In this document: piece by piece, positions 1 through 12,813 of the stretch | Layout of the letters: every line of letters begins with the position of its first letter | How positions within the stretch are numbered: position 1 is the first letter of the stretch | NCBI GenBank assembly: GCA_012295275.1 | Contig: CM022670.1 | Location: forward strand, 3,968,001-4,032,000 | DNA: 64,000 bases | Direction: 5' to 3' | Origin: Chrysomallon squamiferum | Taxonomy: Eukaryota; Animalia; Mollusca | The notes under the pieces: generated by a model | Seen by the model: the letters and a program-made list of their open reading frames with translations, nothing else | Told to the model about the DNA's origin: nothing | Database searches by the model: none | Made by a program: the position numbers and the translations under genes

Positions 1-1140
1 TACTAATGCGATCACTATCACCGTCCCACAACTACTCCTACTACAACCACTTTTGCTGTTCCTACACCCACTATTATAACACCAACTACAACTACTACAA
101 CGGATATATCAGTTGTAACTGTCAGCACTTATAACAAGCACTGTCGGCTCTTCATCTAACGATGCTGTTGACTGTAATTAAAATGGTATTACTGTAAATA
201 AAGATAACGATTTACAGGAATCAATAAACTATTCTATAAATCTTCTTAGAGATGTACTGCTGTGATTCATTTTCAGCGTGAATTTAGTAACAACCATAGC
301 AACAGACAACAGCAGTAACAATAATATATATATGTGTGTGTGTGTGTATATATATATATAAAATTATTATTACAGTTACTATATTTCAACGTTTCTGTAC
401 TACTGATGCTGCTGCTAGTACTACTACTACAGTAATAACAAAAACAACAACAACAACAAATGAATAAATAAATGTTAAGAAAATTAAACTGGTATAATAC
501 TTTTTTTTAGCTTTCTAATGTTCACATTAATCATTCTGTTTTCACATAATGTTTTTATATAATAGCAATAAAACAACAACAACAATAAAGAAACGATGAT
601 AACGGACACTAATTCCATTGTCAAAGATTCAAATACGTTTTTATAAGGAAATTTAAATCAGAAAGACAAGAAACCTATGCATTTTCCTATAATATTATAG
701 TAGTAGTAGTAGTAGTAGAAAATAAATAAATAAATAAATAAATAAATAAATGTCACACTAAATATTGTTTCCACTAAAAAACCCTATAAAATAGTAATAT
801 TCCAGCTCAGATAATACAGATAAATGAGAGTTGCTCCCCTTCAACTGTACATAAATCTAAATATTTGTTAACTGTGAATATAAAATTAATGGAAAGTAAC
901 CTAAACTGTATACTACTAAATTGTTACCGTTTTAGCTAAACACAGTTTATCATAAATCGTAAAGTGGTAATAAAGCCATAAATAAATAGATAAAAGATCC
1001 TCATTTTTGCAACCCTTTGCTTTTGCAGACCGTTGAAGCACAAGGATTAAACATTACAAGCGAAAGCGTATTACATATATATTACTGAAATACTTTAAAA
1101 AAATCTACCAGAAATTTAATCGCTATTTTACTTTTTTAAT

Positions 1141-1199
<59 letters not shown>

Positions 1200-1310
1200 T
1201 CATCAAGTCTGAAATTTAAAAATAAATTAAATCAAATTATCCTAAGAATGAGGCTGCCAGTATTTAATCTTCTGTATCGGCGCTTAACTCTTTTAGTCTT
1301 AGCTGAGTAC

Positions 1311-1418
1311 AGAGTTGTTTCCCTTGAACCATCTACCATAAAATGAAATGTGATAAATGCTATTAGTTATAAACGTTATTGCATCAGAAAAATACTCGGT
1401 CAATTAATAATATATATT
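1311..1418 (+). promoter_or_regulatory. Upstream module of tRNAi gene (AGAGTTGTTTCCCTT, ATTGCATCA, TATA-like); also present before the other copies
   Basis: Same motifs at similar offsets before tRNAi copies at 50698, 53259, 55294 (see findings). Confidence 0.6.
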
Positions 1419-1444
1419 TGAAGGTATGATATAATATGTATGCA

Positions 1445-1516
1445 AGCAGAGTGGCGCAGTGGAAGCGTGCTGGGCCCATAACCCAGAGGTCCGTGGATCG
1501 AAACCACGCTCTGCTA
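1445..1516 (+). tRNA. tRNA-iMet-CAT: initiator tRNA-Met (CAT)
   Basis: AGCAGAGTGGCGCAGTGGAAGCGTGCTGGGCCCATAACCCAGAGGTCCGTGGATCGAAACCACGCTCTGCTA; A1:U72 pair, three G-C pairs in the anticodon stem, ATCGAAA T-loop (A54) diagnostic of eukaryotic initiator; TTTT at 1527. Confidence 0.98.
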
Positions 1517-1833
1517 AGCAGCACAGTTTTATTGTTTTCTTCAAAACGTATTTAATAATAAGTTACACAAAGGTTTTTTTTTTTTTTTAATTATTATTAT
1601 TATTATTAATTTAATTTAATTTTGTTGTTGTTGTTGTTATATTATATATGGGTGAGTATATGTGTGTGTGTGTATATATATATTTGTATTGTTTGGTAGT
1701 CACAAAACCGAAGTTTACTACTGTAAAATTTGACAAATTTTAGAATTAAACTTGTAAACTGGCCAGATAATGTTTATGGATTTTTTTAATTAAAAATAAA
1801 CACATGACAATAGCAGTTCTATGGATTATCGAC

Positions 1834-1839
1834 TTTATT
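1834..1839 (-). terminator. Candidate poly(A) signal AATAAA for SLC6 gene A (implies about 4.3 kb 3' UTR)
   Basis: TTTATT on + with GT/T-rich downstream sequence on minus; roughly coincides with the left edge of the CpG-depleted domain; other AATAAA are common in this AT-rich DNA. Confidence 0.3.
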
Positions 1840-4800
1840 TCAACAAAATATTTCCACAGAAACAAAAACAGACAAAATTATCACCGACCACTAACAAATA
1901 AAGTATCTGAAGACATCACCTTTCCTTCAGTTTTTAAAATGAAAGTTAAAAATGTACACTGTACAAACATAATTAGTCAATATCAACTAACGATTTAAAA
2001 TCATTTTAATTTCCCATGATTCTATTTGTTTTATTTATTTATTTCAGGATTTTTATTTATTTATTCATTTATATATTGTACAATTTTAAATTATTTATTC
2101 ATTTCACATATTTTACTTTTTTTTTAGAAATAACAATCATTTACTACTGTTAATGCCTTTTTTTTTTTTTTTCTTTTTTTTTTTTTTGTACATTTGTTAT
2201 GATTATAATAATTCCCTCTTATCAGAAATATTCTTGTTGATGACTTTAAAAACAAAAATAGTTACAAAAAAATTAAAATAAAGTATAACAAAATACCCAT
2301 TTCATGTTTACCAGGAATATACCAAAAATATTATTTTTAAAAAGGAAATAAAAAGGACAATGGTGACATATCAATATAGAAGTGATTTTGAAATTTGTTT
2401 TAAAGCATGTGTATCTTCGAAAAAGTAATAATACATTTCAACAAGCACTTAACCAGAAAAAAAAGATTCTTTGTTGATTATATTGTTAAAAAAAATGTAT
2501 TTAAAAAGTGCTGGCATCTCACTTAAATAACTCAGAAAACATCAGCACAGAGCCCACATTTTGTAGATGATAGCATCAGTGCATGAAGATCAAATTACTT
2601 CATTTGTTATGATAGCATTTTATAAATACAAGCACAAGTAATCATACATTTTACCAGTGTAAATCATGGAATATGACGATCAACCATAAACAAGTGAATG
2701 AAAAATTTGAAGTGTTAACTGTATCAAATAAAACTTATTGTACAGAAATTGAATGATTATTTTGCTGTAATAACAATAATAATAATAATAATAATAAACT
2801 AAGACTAAACACTCTGTTTCTAAAACAATTTTTTTTTTTTTATGCCCAAAAATCAAATACTTCCAGACACATTCCCACTGAACTAAGCAATTGAGAGAGT
2901 TGAAGATCTGGGGTGTTCATTCACCAAGTTAACTAATAAGAGAAGGGATTTTGAAACAACAGTCTGTTATGTTAACAGTATTTTCAATCTGGAAGGCTGG
3001 CTTGTTTGCATTGATGTCACTGAATTATTTGTCAGTACAACAAATAAATATTGCCTTTTATACTGAGGTAGTCTTCAATGAAGTGAATTAAAGCTAAAGT
3101 ACCATAATCTTGGAATCCAGAGTGATATTTCAAAGTCTATCACATTCAAATTTTGTATTTATTAATGATGATTAAATATCATTTTGTATCAAACATTTAA
3201 AAGATGACAGTTAATGAACATATTCATTTATACTGAAGACGTAGTTCAAGGTTGAACAAGTATGTATTATAATTTTATATATCAAAAATGTTTTTATTTT
3301 TATTTGACTAGTACATATTAACAGAATAAACTGCAATTTAAATGATGAAAAAAAAAAAGAAAAAAAATTGGGGAAAAAGATTTTACATATCATAATAATT
3401 AATTATTAATATTGAAGAATCTGATGAAAACCAACAATACAATAATTGTAAGATTTATCACCAACTGAAACAAATTTGTTAAATCACCTCGCAGCTGATG
3501 TTGTAAAACATTTCAAAACCTCTTCAAATCAAAATTGTGCAAAGAAGAAAGATAACACTATTTACGAAGATTACCTATCAAACAGGGTCATGTCGTAATC
3601 AAAGGTGAAAAACAAACTACAGGCAGCTGTTAATCACAGTACATTAAAAAAAATCTGATGGCAAATAAACAGCAGTGATTAATTAGGCTGTTGACAATGA
3701 TGAGGATTCTGGTGGAGTAGCAACATCTTAGCTCACTGCTGGAAGAACCAGCCTAAGATTCTATTTTTCAGTCAGTGGAAGAATTGTTTCCATGATATCC
3801 TATTGTTTTTTGTATTATAAATTTATGGTAGTTTTATAGCAAGTAAAAATTTGTATTAAATATCTGGTGAAAGAATGTAATGTTTTACTTATAAATGACA
3901 TTTCTAGAAGTAATTCAGTGTTTTAAAAGTAATAACAATTATCATAATTAATGTCAAATTCTGTCGAGCCAAACATAAGTAAAATTCCATTTGAAAAGTG
4001 ATTTTAAAAATTGTGAAACGCAAAAAGAAAAGAATGAAAGCTGCCCAAAAAGATATATCTGAATTATACATTAAATGCAAAAATCTAATATCCAGATTGT
4101 TTTTATGTTTGTGTATATAAAATTAATAATAACAAATAAAATAAAAAATATTATGTAGAAAAGGTCTCTAATAATAAAATAGTAAAAGTGTAATACAAAA
4201 AGTCTATTTACATTTATAAACGACAGAAGCCAAACCATTAATTAATGTCATGAAAACAAAAAATTCAGTACAAAGATTCCAAATTTCATCCTCAAATCAA
4301 ATTTTCAAAATTTTAAAATATATCTAAAAGCCACACAATTAAAGACAAAAATGCATTTTCAAAAAAAAAAAGAAGAAAACAGTTAATAAAAATAAAAATG
4401 ACGTAAAATAGACATCTGTACAAGAAATAAAAGTTAGTATTCTGTGTCTCTGCATTCAATAAGCCAGATTCACACAAGATTTTAAAACCTGGCAATAAAT
4501 CAGAAGTCTCCCACACAAATATTTTCTCTTGTTCATGAAAAGCCACGTTTCTTCAAACAAATCAAAACACAAGGCATCTTTTTGTGTGTGTGTGTGCAGG
4601 TAATAGCAGTTAATTTTAGCTTGTGTTCAGAGACATCTGTAACTGTGACTTAAATTGTAAAACTGATTTAATTACTGTGTGCACAACCAGTTAGGTTCAG
4701 TAATGAACACTGTCAACACAGAGGTTCCCAGCTTACGTGAACCAAACTCACCACAGCAATTGAGTGAAAAATGTTCACCAAGACATTTTTAAAAACACAA

Positions 4801-5709
4801 TTTTGCAGGTGTCTGCCTGCCTACTGAGGAATGATATGTTGGCTTGAATGTGACGTGTTTACCTAGAAAAATACTCTATTAACACAGTTTTCAAATAAAC
4901 AATCCAGTTGTCACAAAGTTATTTAATAAAATATTTAATTTAGAAAAAAAGCTTTCACATAATTTGAGGAGGCTTCTTTTAAATGCCTGTATCCAAAAAG
5001 ATACGTTTGTTACTGAACAGATAAATAAATGCAATGTGTAAAAACTAAGATTCAGTTCTATATTTCACTGTTAAAAATACGGCCTATAAAAGTGATTGTC
5101 AATCAATGTGAAAATACATTACTATAAAAAGACATGATACATCAGATTAAAACTAAATTCTATAGAGAATAATTTTTGTTTAAAAAACACGATAAACAAA
5201 AAGCTCCACAGAAAATATCAATAAATGCCACTTCAAAAACTAACTTTTGGGGACCAAATCATCAGTCTTAAAATACAGTCATCATCATCATCATTTAAAA
5301 CATTTCAATCTACATTTTAAAATTTATTCTTAGATTTCAAATTGGAAAAACTCTTGGTTATTAAAGAGGAAAATTAAAAAGTGATCCCAAGAGGGACGTT
5401 CACTCATACAACACACACTTTCATAAAAAACATTCACAAAACATCACTTCTTAACTCATTGGCATTATATCATCACTCACAGAATAACATTACATAAACA
5501 CTCATAAAAAAAAAGAGAATGCATCTACACACACAGGCACACAGACACACACACACACATACTCTTAAAAAAAAAGAGTCAACTGTCTGGTATTTACAGG
5601 TATCTAAAATGTACAGCTATAAAAACCAAGAGATCAAGGGATAGCTGTATCTAGCTACCTACATAATTAAAACAAAAAAACGTCTCTCGAAACACAAACT
5701 GCCATCAAG

Positions 5710-5913
5710 CGTGAACACAATCCACTCTTCATTTTTCCAAAACAAAAAACAGCTCAGTCACAACTCAAACAGCTCAGCACGCAGACAGTGTTAAAACACA
5801 ATCCACTCTTCAGTTTTTCTCCATCAGACAGTGTTAAATACTCACACATCCAGTCACAACTCAGTCACAGCTCAGCACGCAGACAGTGTTAAATACTCAC
5901 ACATCCAGTCACA
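5710..5913. repeat. Nested short direct duplications in SLC6 gene A 3' UTR
   Basis: ACACAATCCACTCTTCA x2, CAGCTCAGCACGCAGACAGTGTTAAA x2, CAGACAGTGTTAAATACTCACACATCCAGTCACA x2. Confidence 0.85.
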
Positions 5914-6174
5914 GGAAAATGTGTCTTGTTCTACACATCTCTTTGGCACCAAACAAAAAGTGGGTTTGCGATGAAATATTTTGGCAAAAACAATGACAAT
6001 GCTTTCACACTGCCTATCGGAACATCTACCGGTACCTATAGAAGCCCATCCATGATATGTGATTTTTTTTTTTTTTTCTTTTCTTTTTAAAAAACAAGAA
6101 GATTCTGAAGCTGTATAGCTACATACGTCGTGTAAACTATATTTTGTTTGTGTGAGTCTGTTCAAACCCTGTGT

Positions 6175-6396
6175 CTAATCCTTGCTTTCTGCACACTCTC
6201 CGTTAACCCTTTGACTGACATTGTTCTCATCCGGGTAGCTCAAAAGTTTCGACACCGGATTCGATTTGCTCGTGGCGTCCATGATAATCGAAGTGTTAGA
6301 TTCCAGGTCGTAGTCGATGATGTCAATCTTAGACATGTCCTCGTTTGCTCTGATCTGGTGACGTTTCAGACGTGGTCGTATGAGTTTCTTTATCCT
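6175..6396 (-). CDS. SLC6 gene A last coding exon (C-terminal tail)
   Basis: [14 protein letters not shown]...GECAESKD*; 222 nt incl. TAG; ttttgcag acceptor, phase 0 matches exon 12. Confidence 0.9.
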   Translation of the reverse strand, partial: RIKKLIRPRLKRHQIRANEDMSKIDIIDYDLESNTSIIMDATSKSNPVSKLLSYPDENNVSQRVNGECAESKD

Positions 6397-9300
6397 CTGC
6401 AAAATGAAATGAAACACAAAACAATCACAATGTTGTAATTACAGATTGTCTCATAATGTTGTAATTACAGATTGTCTCATAATGTTGTAATTACAGATTG
6501 TCTCATAGGCAGTTCATTATTATAAATGATAATTTCAGAATATGTTCTGATCTTGACTGACAAGTTTTGTTTTTCTTTCTTATTTGTTCTTCTTTACTGA
6601 TTTGTTTTTAATTTTCAACTGTTAAAATATTTTCTGTTTTTAATACTGTTAATAATATAAATATATATATATACACATATAGATAGATAGATTTAGATAC
6701 AGATATATTTTCACACACACACACACATTCACATTTAAAAAAAAAAGTTAAATATTACAATTATGATAACATAACTGTAGCAGACAATTACTGTCTATTT
6801 TTATAAACTTGATACCTTTTTATATCTTTATTATCATCTTCCTGTCCCCACTAAAAAAACAAATGATCAATTTTAAGAATTTTCTTACTTGTTTCAGTGT
6901 TCCGTTAACCGAGAGGATTCTTTTGATGACGATGCCAGGAATGAACACCACCGACGACAACGCCATCGTCCAGCCAACTGCGATGGCCCAGCTAGGATAT
7001 TCGTACGTCACGGTCTTCCGCTCATACTTCAACTCCGAGTACGTGATACAGCCCAGGATGAATGTTACCTGAAAATCATTGCAAAATTTAATTTAAAAAA
7101 AATAATAAAATAAAATGAATATAGGCTGAGGATTCCTTATACAAAATTCTGTATAGTAGAAAAAAATGATATTTTACAGTTTTCAGGTTGTTTTGCATAT
7201 GCAAAGTTTTATTTTATGCATAAAATTATTTAAAATATTATATCTACATAAGCTCCACATGAAATATAAACTGAATAAGTGTTTAGTTAGATTTTGTGTT
7301 CTGTCTCTTTATATTCCAAAATCAAAAGAAATTGCCAAAGTCCGAAGCATTTCAAATAAACAATTCTCAACTGTATAAGCAAGTCTTTCAACACAAATAT
7401 TCTCTCTTTCTCATCTAATAAATAAATATTATATTTGAAGTTAACAGCTGTAAAATGAAATATCCCTATCAGCTAGTCTTTAAATGCTTCCTCTTTTTCA
7501 TATCATCAATATACATTATTTTAAAAAAACTTACACAACGTTTAAAAGTTGTTATTAACAATCTGAGTTCAGATTTCGTTAAACAATTCATTTATCATTC
7601 TTCTGCTCTGCTGTTCTCTAAAACTACGATATATTTAACAAATGTTCCAGGTTGTAAATATTAAACTCACTATTACTTAACCAGTGTTCCCGGTTGTTTA
7701 ACCAGTGTTCCTGATTTTATTTAACAAATGTTCCAGGGATGTAAATATTAAACTCACTATTAAATATTAACCACTGTTCCAGGTTGTAAATATTAAACTC
7801 ACTATTACTTAACCAGTGTTCCTGATTGTAAATATTAAACTCACTATCACTTAACCAATTCCAGGTTGTAAATATTAAACTCACTATTACTTAACCAGTG
7901 TTCCAGGTTGTAAATATTAAACTCACTATTACTTAACCAGTGTTCCAGGTTGTAAATATTAAACTCACTATTGTGAAGATCGGAGTCAGAACTGTCCAGC
8001 AGACCCACATGGCCGAGTTTATTCGGAAGCCAAACATCATTTCTAGGTTGTCATAGAAACGGTTTATTCCTGCAAGAAATCAATGATGAAGACAGTGTAA
8101 CATACATCATAGTGACAGATCTGCATAAATGCAGAAACATGAAATTATTTTTTTTTTTTTTTTACATTTTTGTCAATTTAACAAAGAATTTAAATTAAAG
8201 AAATACTGAACCAAACAGAGTTCTTATATTTTAATAAATTCTTAAGGAAAGATGATATACTAAAAGACAAAAAAATTATAATTTACAGTTATCAGTTGAC
8301 AAATTCATTACAGTTAACTTTTAAAAAATATTAAAATCATTACTGAACAATGATAATTATTATTAGTTCTAAAAATACATGAAAGCAAATTTCAACTAAA
8401 AACTAAAATCTACAAATTTGACAGCAGAATCATAATACATCATTTAATTTAAAATAAATCTCTAGCAAAAGAAGACAGATACAAAGTGACCACAAGTTTT
8501 AATTATTTGTGTAAAACAGTATTTTCTTTATCCCCCGTTTTCTCAAATAAATAACTTTATATATATATTTTAAAAATTTTATTGTAACAAATGGGAATAT
8601 ATTTTAAAAATTATTATTATTTATTCATTTATTAATAAATCATAGAAATTAACATTGCAGTACTGTAATCTTGGAATATTTAAACTTCTTACAATTTTAT
8701 GTATATTTTAAATCTTTGTTTAACTTGCAGTCAAACTTGTAAATGTCTAATTACTTAGAGTAATCTTTTGCCTGAAACAAATCGGCAATAAGACTGAAAC
8801 AAAGATAAAAATGAGAAAAACCACTTGACACTACGCACACAGTGTTGTATATTTTATTGCTGTTTTTGTTTTTTGTTGTTGGTTTTTTCTTTCTCTTCTT
8901 TTTTTTCTTTTTTTTTAATCAACCAATATACATATATGTATATAAGCATATATAAATATGGGATATTATTAGATGTGATGTACAAAGGTAGAAAAAAAAA
9001 TTGCATTAAATATTTTCGGGAAAAGTCAGAATCCACAATGAAAAAAAATACGGTCTTCAGTTCTAATGATCAACAAATACAGTTTCTTTATACATTTTTT
9101 ATTTATCTATTTATTTTATTTTATTTTCTATAAATTTTAATTTTTCTAAATATTAATTGATTTAAAATTCTGTATTATTAATTTTTTTTTTCTCTCCACA
9201 GCTTTTTTTCATCTCTTTTTTTTTTTTTTTTTTTTTTTAAAGATAATTTCTTAATTTTATTATTATTGCTGAATGTGTGACAGTACAGAAGTATAATACC

Positions 9301-11154
9301 ACCAGATTCTGGAATTCTGACTTGCTTTAGGACAAAAGAAATTATGGATTTAAGGAGAATGAAATGACAGATCCCACGTTGGTTACATCGGAACTAGGTC
9401 CCACGCCAGTAAATCATAAATCTGTTGTTTGCTTGTTCAAATCATTTATAAAAACATCCTATTCAGACTGTGTGTTATTTTTCTTTTCTTTAACCAATTC
9501 CTACATGTTTAGAAGTCCTTTCTCAACTGTATTCATTGTTCCAGAGGTCTAATGATGGTACATTTCAGTACCCATCAGGTAGACAATGTGAAATCTTTCA
9601 GAGTTATGACTAAATCTGATTACCAACTACATTTTATCGTTTACTATTGTTTACTAATGTTTTTATTCCCTTTCATATTAAAAGTATAATAAAACCTGCG
9701 TCTGCGATTTAGAGAAACTGAATGTCCTGAGTTTCTATTCATGGTTTTAATTTGCAGGTGCCCTTATTATGAAATATTAGACTCTAGATGTGTATCTGAA
9801 TGATTAGTATTGCCCAAGTGTGCAATATCTAAATAACTAGTGGGTTATATCAGTAGATGTAGCTGTTCATTATGAGAGAGCACACCACCAGTATTATTCA
9901 GAACCTTGCCCAGTGGCAGTTAGTTGGGTTAAACTTGGAGTTACTCAAGTCAGTCTCTGCTATTGAAGCCTACATTAGACGTCATATTCTCCAAGCAATA
10001 TTTATTTAATTTATTATTATTACTATTTTTAATACAGCATTTTATCAATGGCATCAATTTTGTCATTTAAGTTAGACACAGAATTTATCAAGTACCATAA
10101 TCCAAAAGACAATTTTTTAAAACAATTTATTTTTAAATAAGCTTTATGGATTGAGTAAAATAAATTAAGAATGAACTTGTTTTTATTTGTAACTTGGGTG
10201 ATATCATATTTTTACCCAAACTTAACATCATAAAGAATGGGCTTTCATTAACTTGAATAATTTGTTAGTATTAATTTTTAGGCTGCAGGTTGAGCATTTC
10301 CAGAGAAGAGTTGCAAGAATGAACTGCATTTTAAATTACACAAATTATATACCATTTGAAACAAACAAAACAAAAATATATATACATATATATATATATT
10401 GAAAATTATCTAGACATTTTTTTAAAATTTGAAAGTAAAATCTTGAGATGTTTCCTTTACTGTATAACAAAATTCAAAAATGCAGCTGAAATATTTAAAA
10501 TGTTTATAAACAGGATGAAATACAAAACTACATATTAATTATAATGATCAGAAAATTACCACAAAATCATTACTGAAGAGATCAAGTACAAAATCTCTAA
10601 TAAATAAAAATAGAAAAGTCTTGCATTAAGCACATACATATTCTGATAACTGATTCTAGCAGAGCTGGAAATGCCCATAAAAGGGAGTTATTGCATAAAT
10701 TTGAAGGAAATAATTTATAAAAAGCGTCACGCAAAAAGAGTGTTGGCCATCTTTAAAAAAAAAAAGTAATAAAAAAAAAAATATTGGAAGATTTCCTACC
10801 AGTTTTTCTTTTTTTTTTTTTTTTCAATTCTGACTCGAACTCATAAAAATCACACAGAATCTCACCCATCTGACACTTTTTTTGTGTGTTTTTGTGCTGG
10901 GGGGTGTCGTTAATTTTTTTTTTTTTTTTTTTTCTTTTCGAGTCATACCACCTGTTTACCTCAAATAACATACCGTAAACATAAGCAACAACGAGGCACT
11001 CGAAGAAAGCGACGACGAGAACTATTCGGCTGGCCGAGTAGTAGTCAAAGAGCTGAAATACATACATCCCGCCCTACAAGAGGTGCGGGCAACTCGTTTA
11101 GTGAAAAGATAAATATCCCTTCCTGGAACACACCCCAGGAAGAGGTAAAAAAGG

Positions 11155-11185
<31 letters not shown>

Positions 11186-11242
11186 GTTCTTCTATACTAT
11201 TCAGGAAGCAAAATTCAAGAAAAAAGGAATTAAAAAAAAAGG

Positions 11243-11275
<33 letters not shown>

Positions 11276-12782
11276 AGTTTCTACATACTTTTCTTTTGTT
11301 TTTATTTTATATACTTTTTTTTTTATTTTTAATTTTAATTTTTTTTTTTTTTTTTTGTAAATGGCTTTTTTAAAATAAAAAAAAAAAAAAAAGATTTTAT
11401 TATTATTATTTTTTTTATCCCAAAAAGGCCATGAAAATAAATTATGTACATCTTATTATTCTTCCAAATGGCTTCACTGCAAAATATTCTTTCATTTCTC
11501 AGTTATGGATATATGGGTAATATTTTCACATGCTTCCATAGAAGAATTTTTATCCAAGCACATTTGTTGTGCACTTAAAAAATAAAAAGAACATTTAAAA
11601 TGTTTTAAATTTAATCTTTCACAAACAACTTTGGCTTACATTTTAGAATAAATATGAAACTGTTATTCCCAAGATGTTTATATGAACTGAAATATTTCTA
11701 CTGATGGACTTCAATTTGTCTTTTCTTGAGAAGCTAATTACTTAATATTTTTAAAAAGACATCAGGATAAGCTTGATAAACAAACTCGATATATCATTAT
11801 CATTATCAACTCATCTTCATCAGTGTGGATCAAAAAATATCAAAAATAAATTAACAAATTAAATCTGCAAAGGAAGCGAGTCTGTTTGCATAAAATTATA
11901 TCTTAAAATGAATCTTTTTTTCTGTTTCCATTACGAATCTTTCTTCTTTATAACGTGAAGTAAATTGACCTCTTCTAGATCTCTTTCTTTTGGATTTTAT
12001 CATATTAGGCTCCTAACAAACTAACTATTAAGACAGAAACAATAGAATATTTTACAGTATGGCCAACCATGAAATAAAATAGTACTGAATTTTCTGTGAG
12101 TGGTTCCAAGCAAAATGCAGTTAAAAGATCTTCTCAGAGAAAATCAAAAAAAAAAAAAAAGAAGAAGATAAAAATAGAAATAATAATGTACACATCCAAC
12201 GTTGATAGTAATCTATTCTTTCAGAAGCATCCTCATCATGAACAAAGCAATGTGAACACATTCTTGATTAAACAATTAAAAAATTAATTTCTTTTTAAAA
12301 AAGTCCATACAAAAGTCCGGACAAATATTGTTTTCTTTTTATCATACAGTTTAGAAAAAAAATATTAAAAAATCATAAAATTATAATGATAATAATAATA
12401 AAAATAATAATGCCTGTATTTTTAGTTTTTCAATGAGAAACAAATAAATAAAGCCTAAAATAAATAGCGCTAGTATACCAGTGTACCCACCAATGACAGA
12501 AGCCAAAACGGAAGACCTACCTGTGTAACCATGGATAAGCCAATGAAAAAACACACCAAACAAACTGCACCAATCAGCATTTCGCGGCGCCGTCCTTTAC
12601 GCAAGTAGTTCGGATACATGTCAACCACAGCTGTGATAAAGCCTTCAACGCCAACAAACTGCAGAATAAAAATACATAAATAAATATTTATGTATCTGTG
12701 TTTTGATATGAACTAAAACAAAATAATTTAGGTCAACAATTTTAATTAGATACTTCAAACAAAATAGTTTAAATTTTATATA

Positions 12783-12813
<31 letters not shown>

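Noticed and set aside
1-320. Thr-rich mucin-like coding potential
   Set aside because: Degenerate ACT/ACC trinucleotide low complexity without a supported ORF or splice sites
5783-5893. CAGACAGTGTTA repeats resembling miR-141/200a sites
   Set aside because: The mRNA is the minus strand, so it carries the miRNA-like sense rather than target sites; no precursor hairpin
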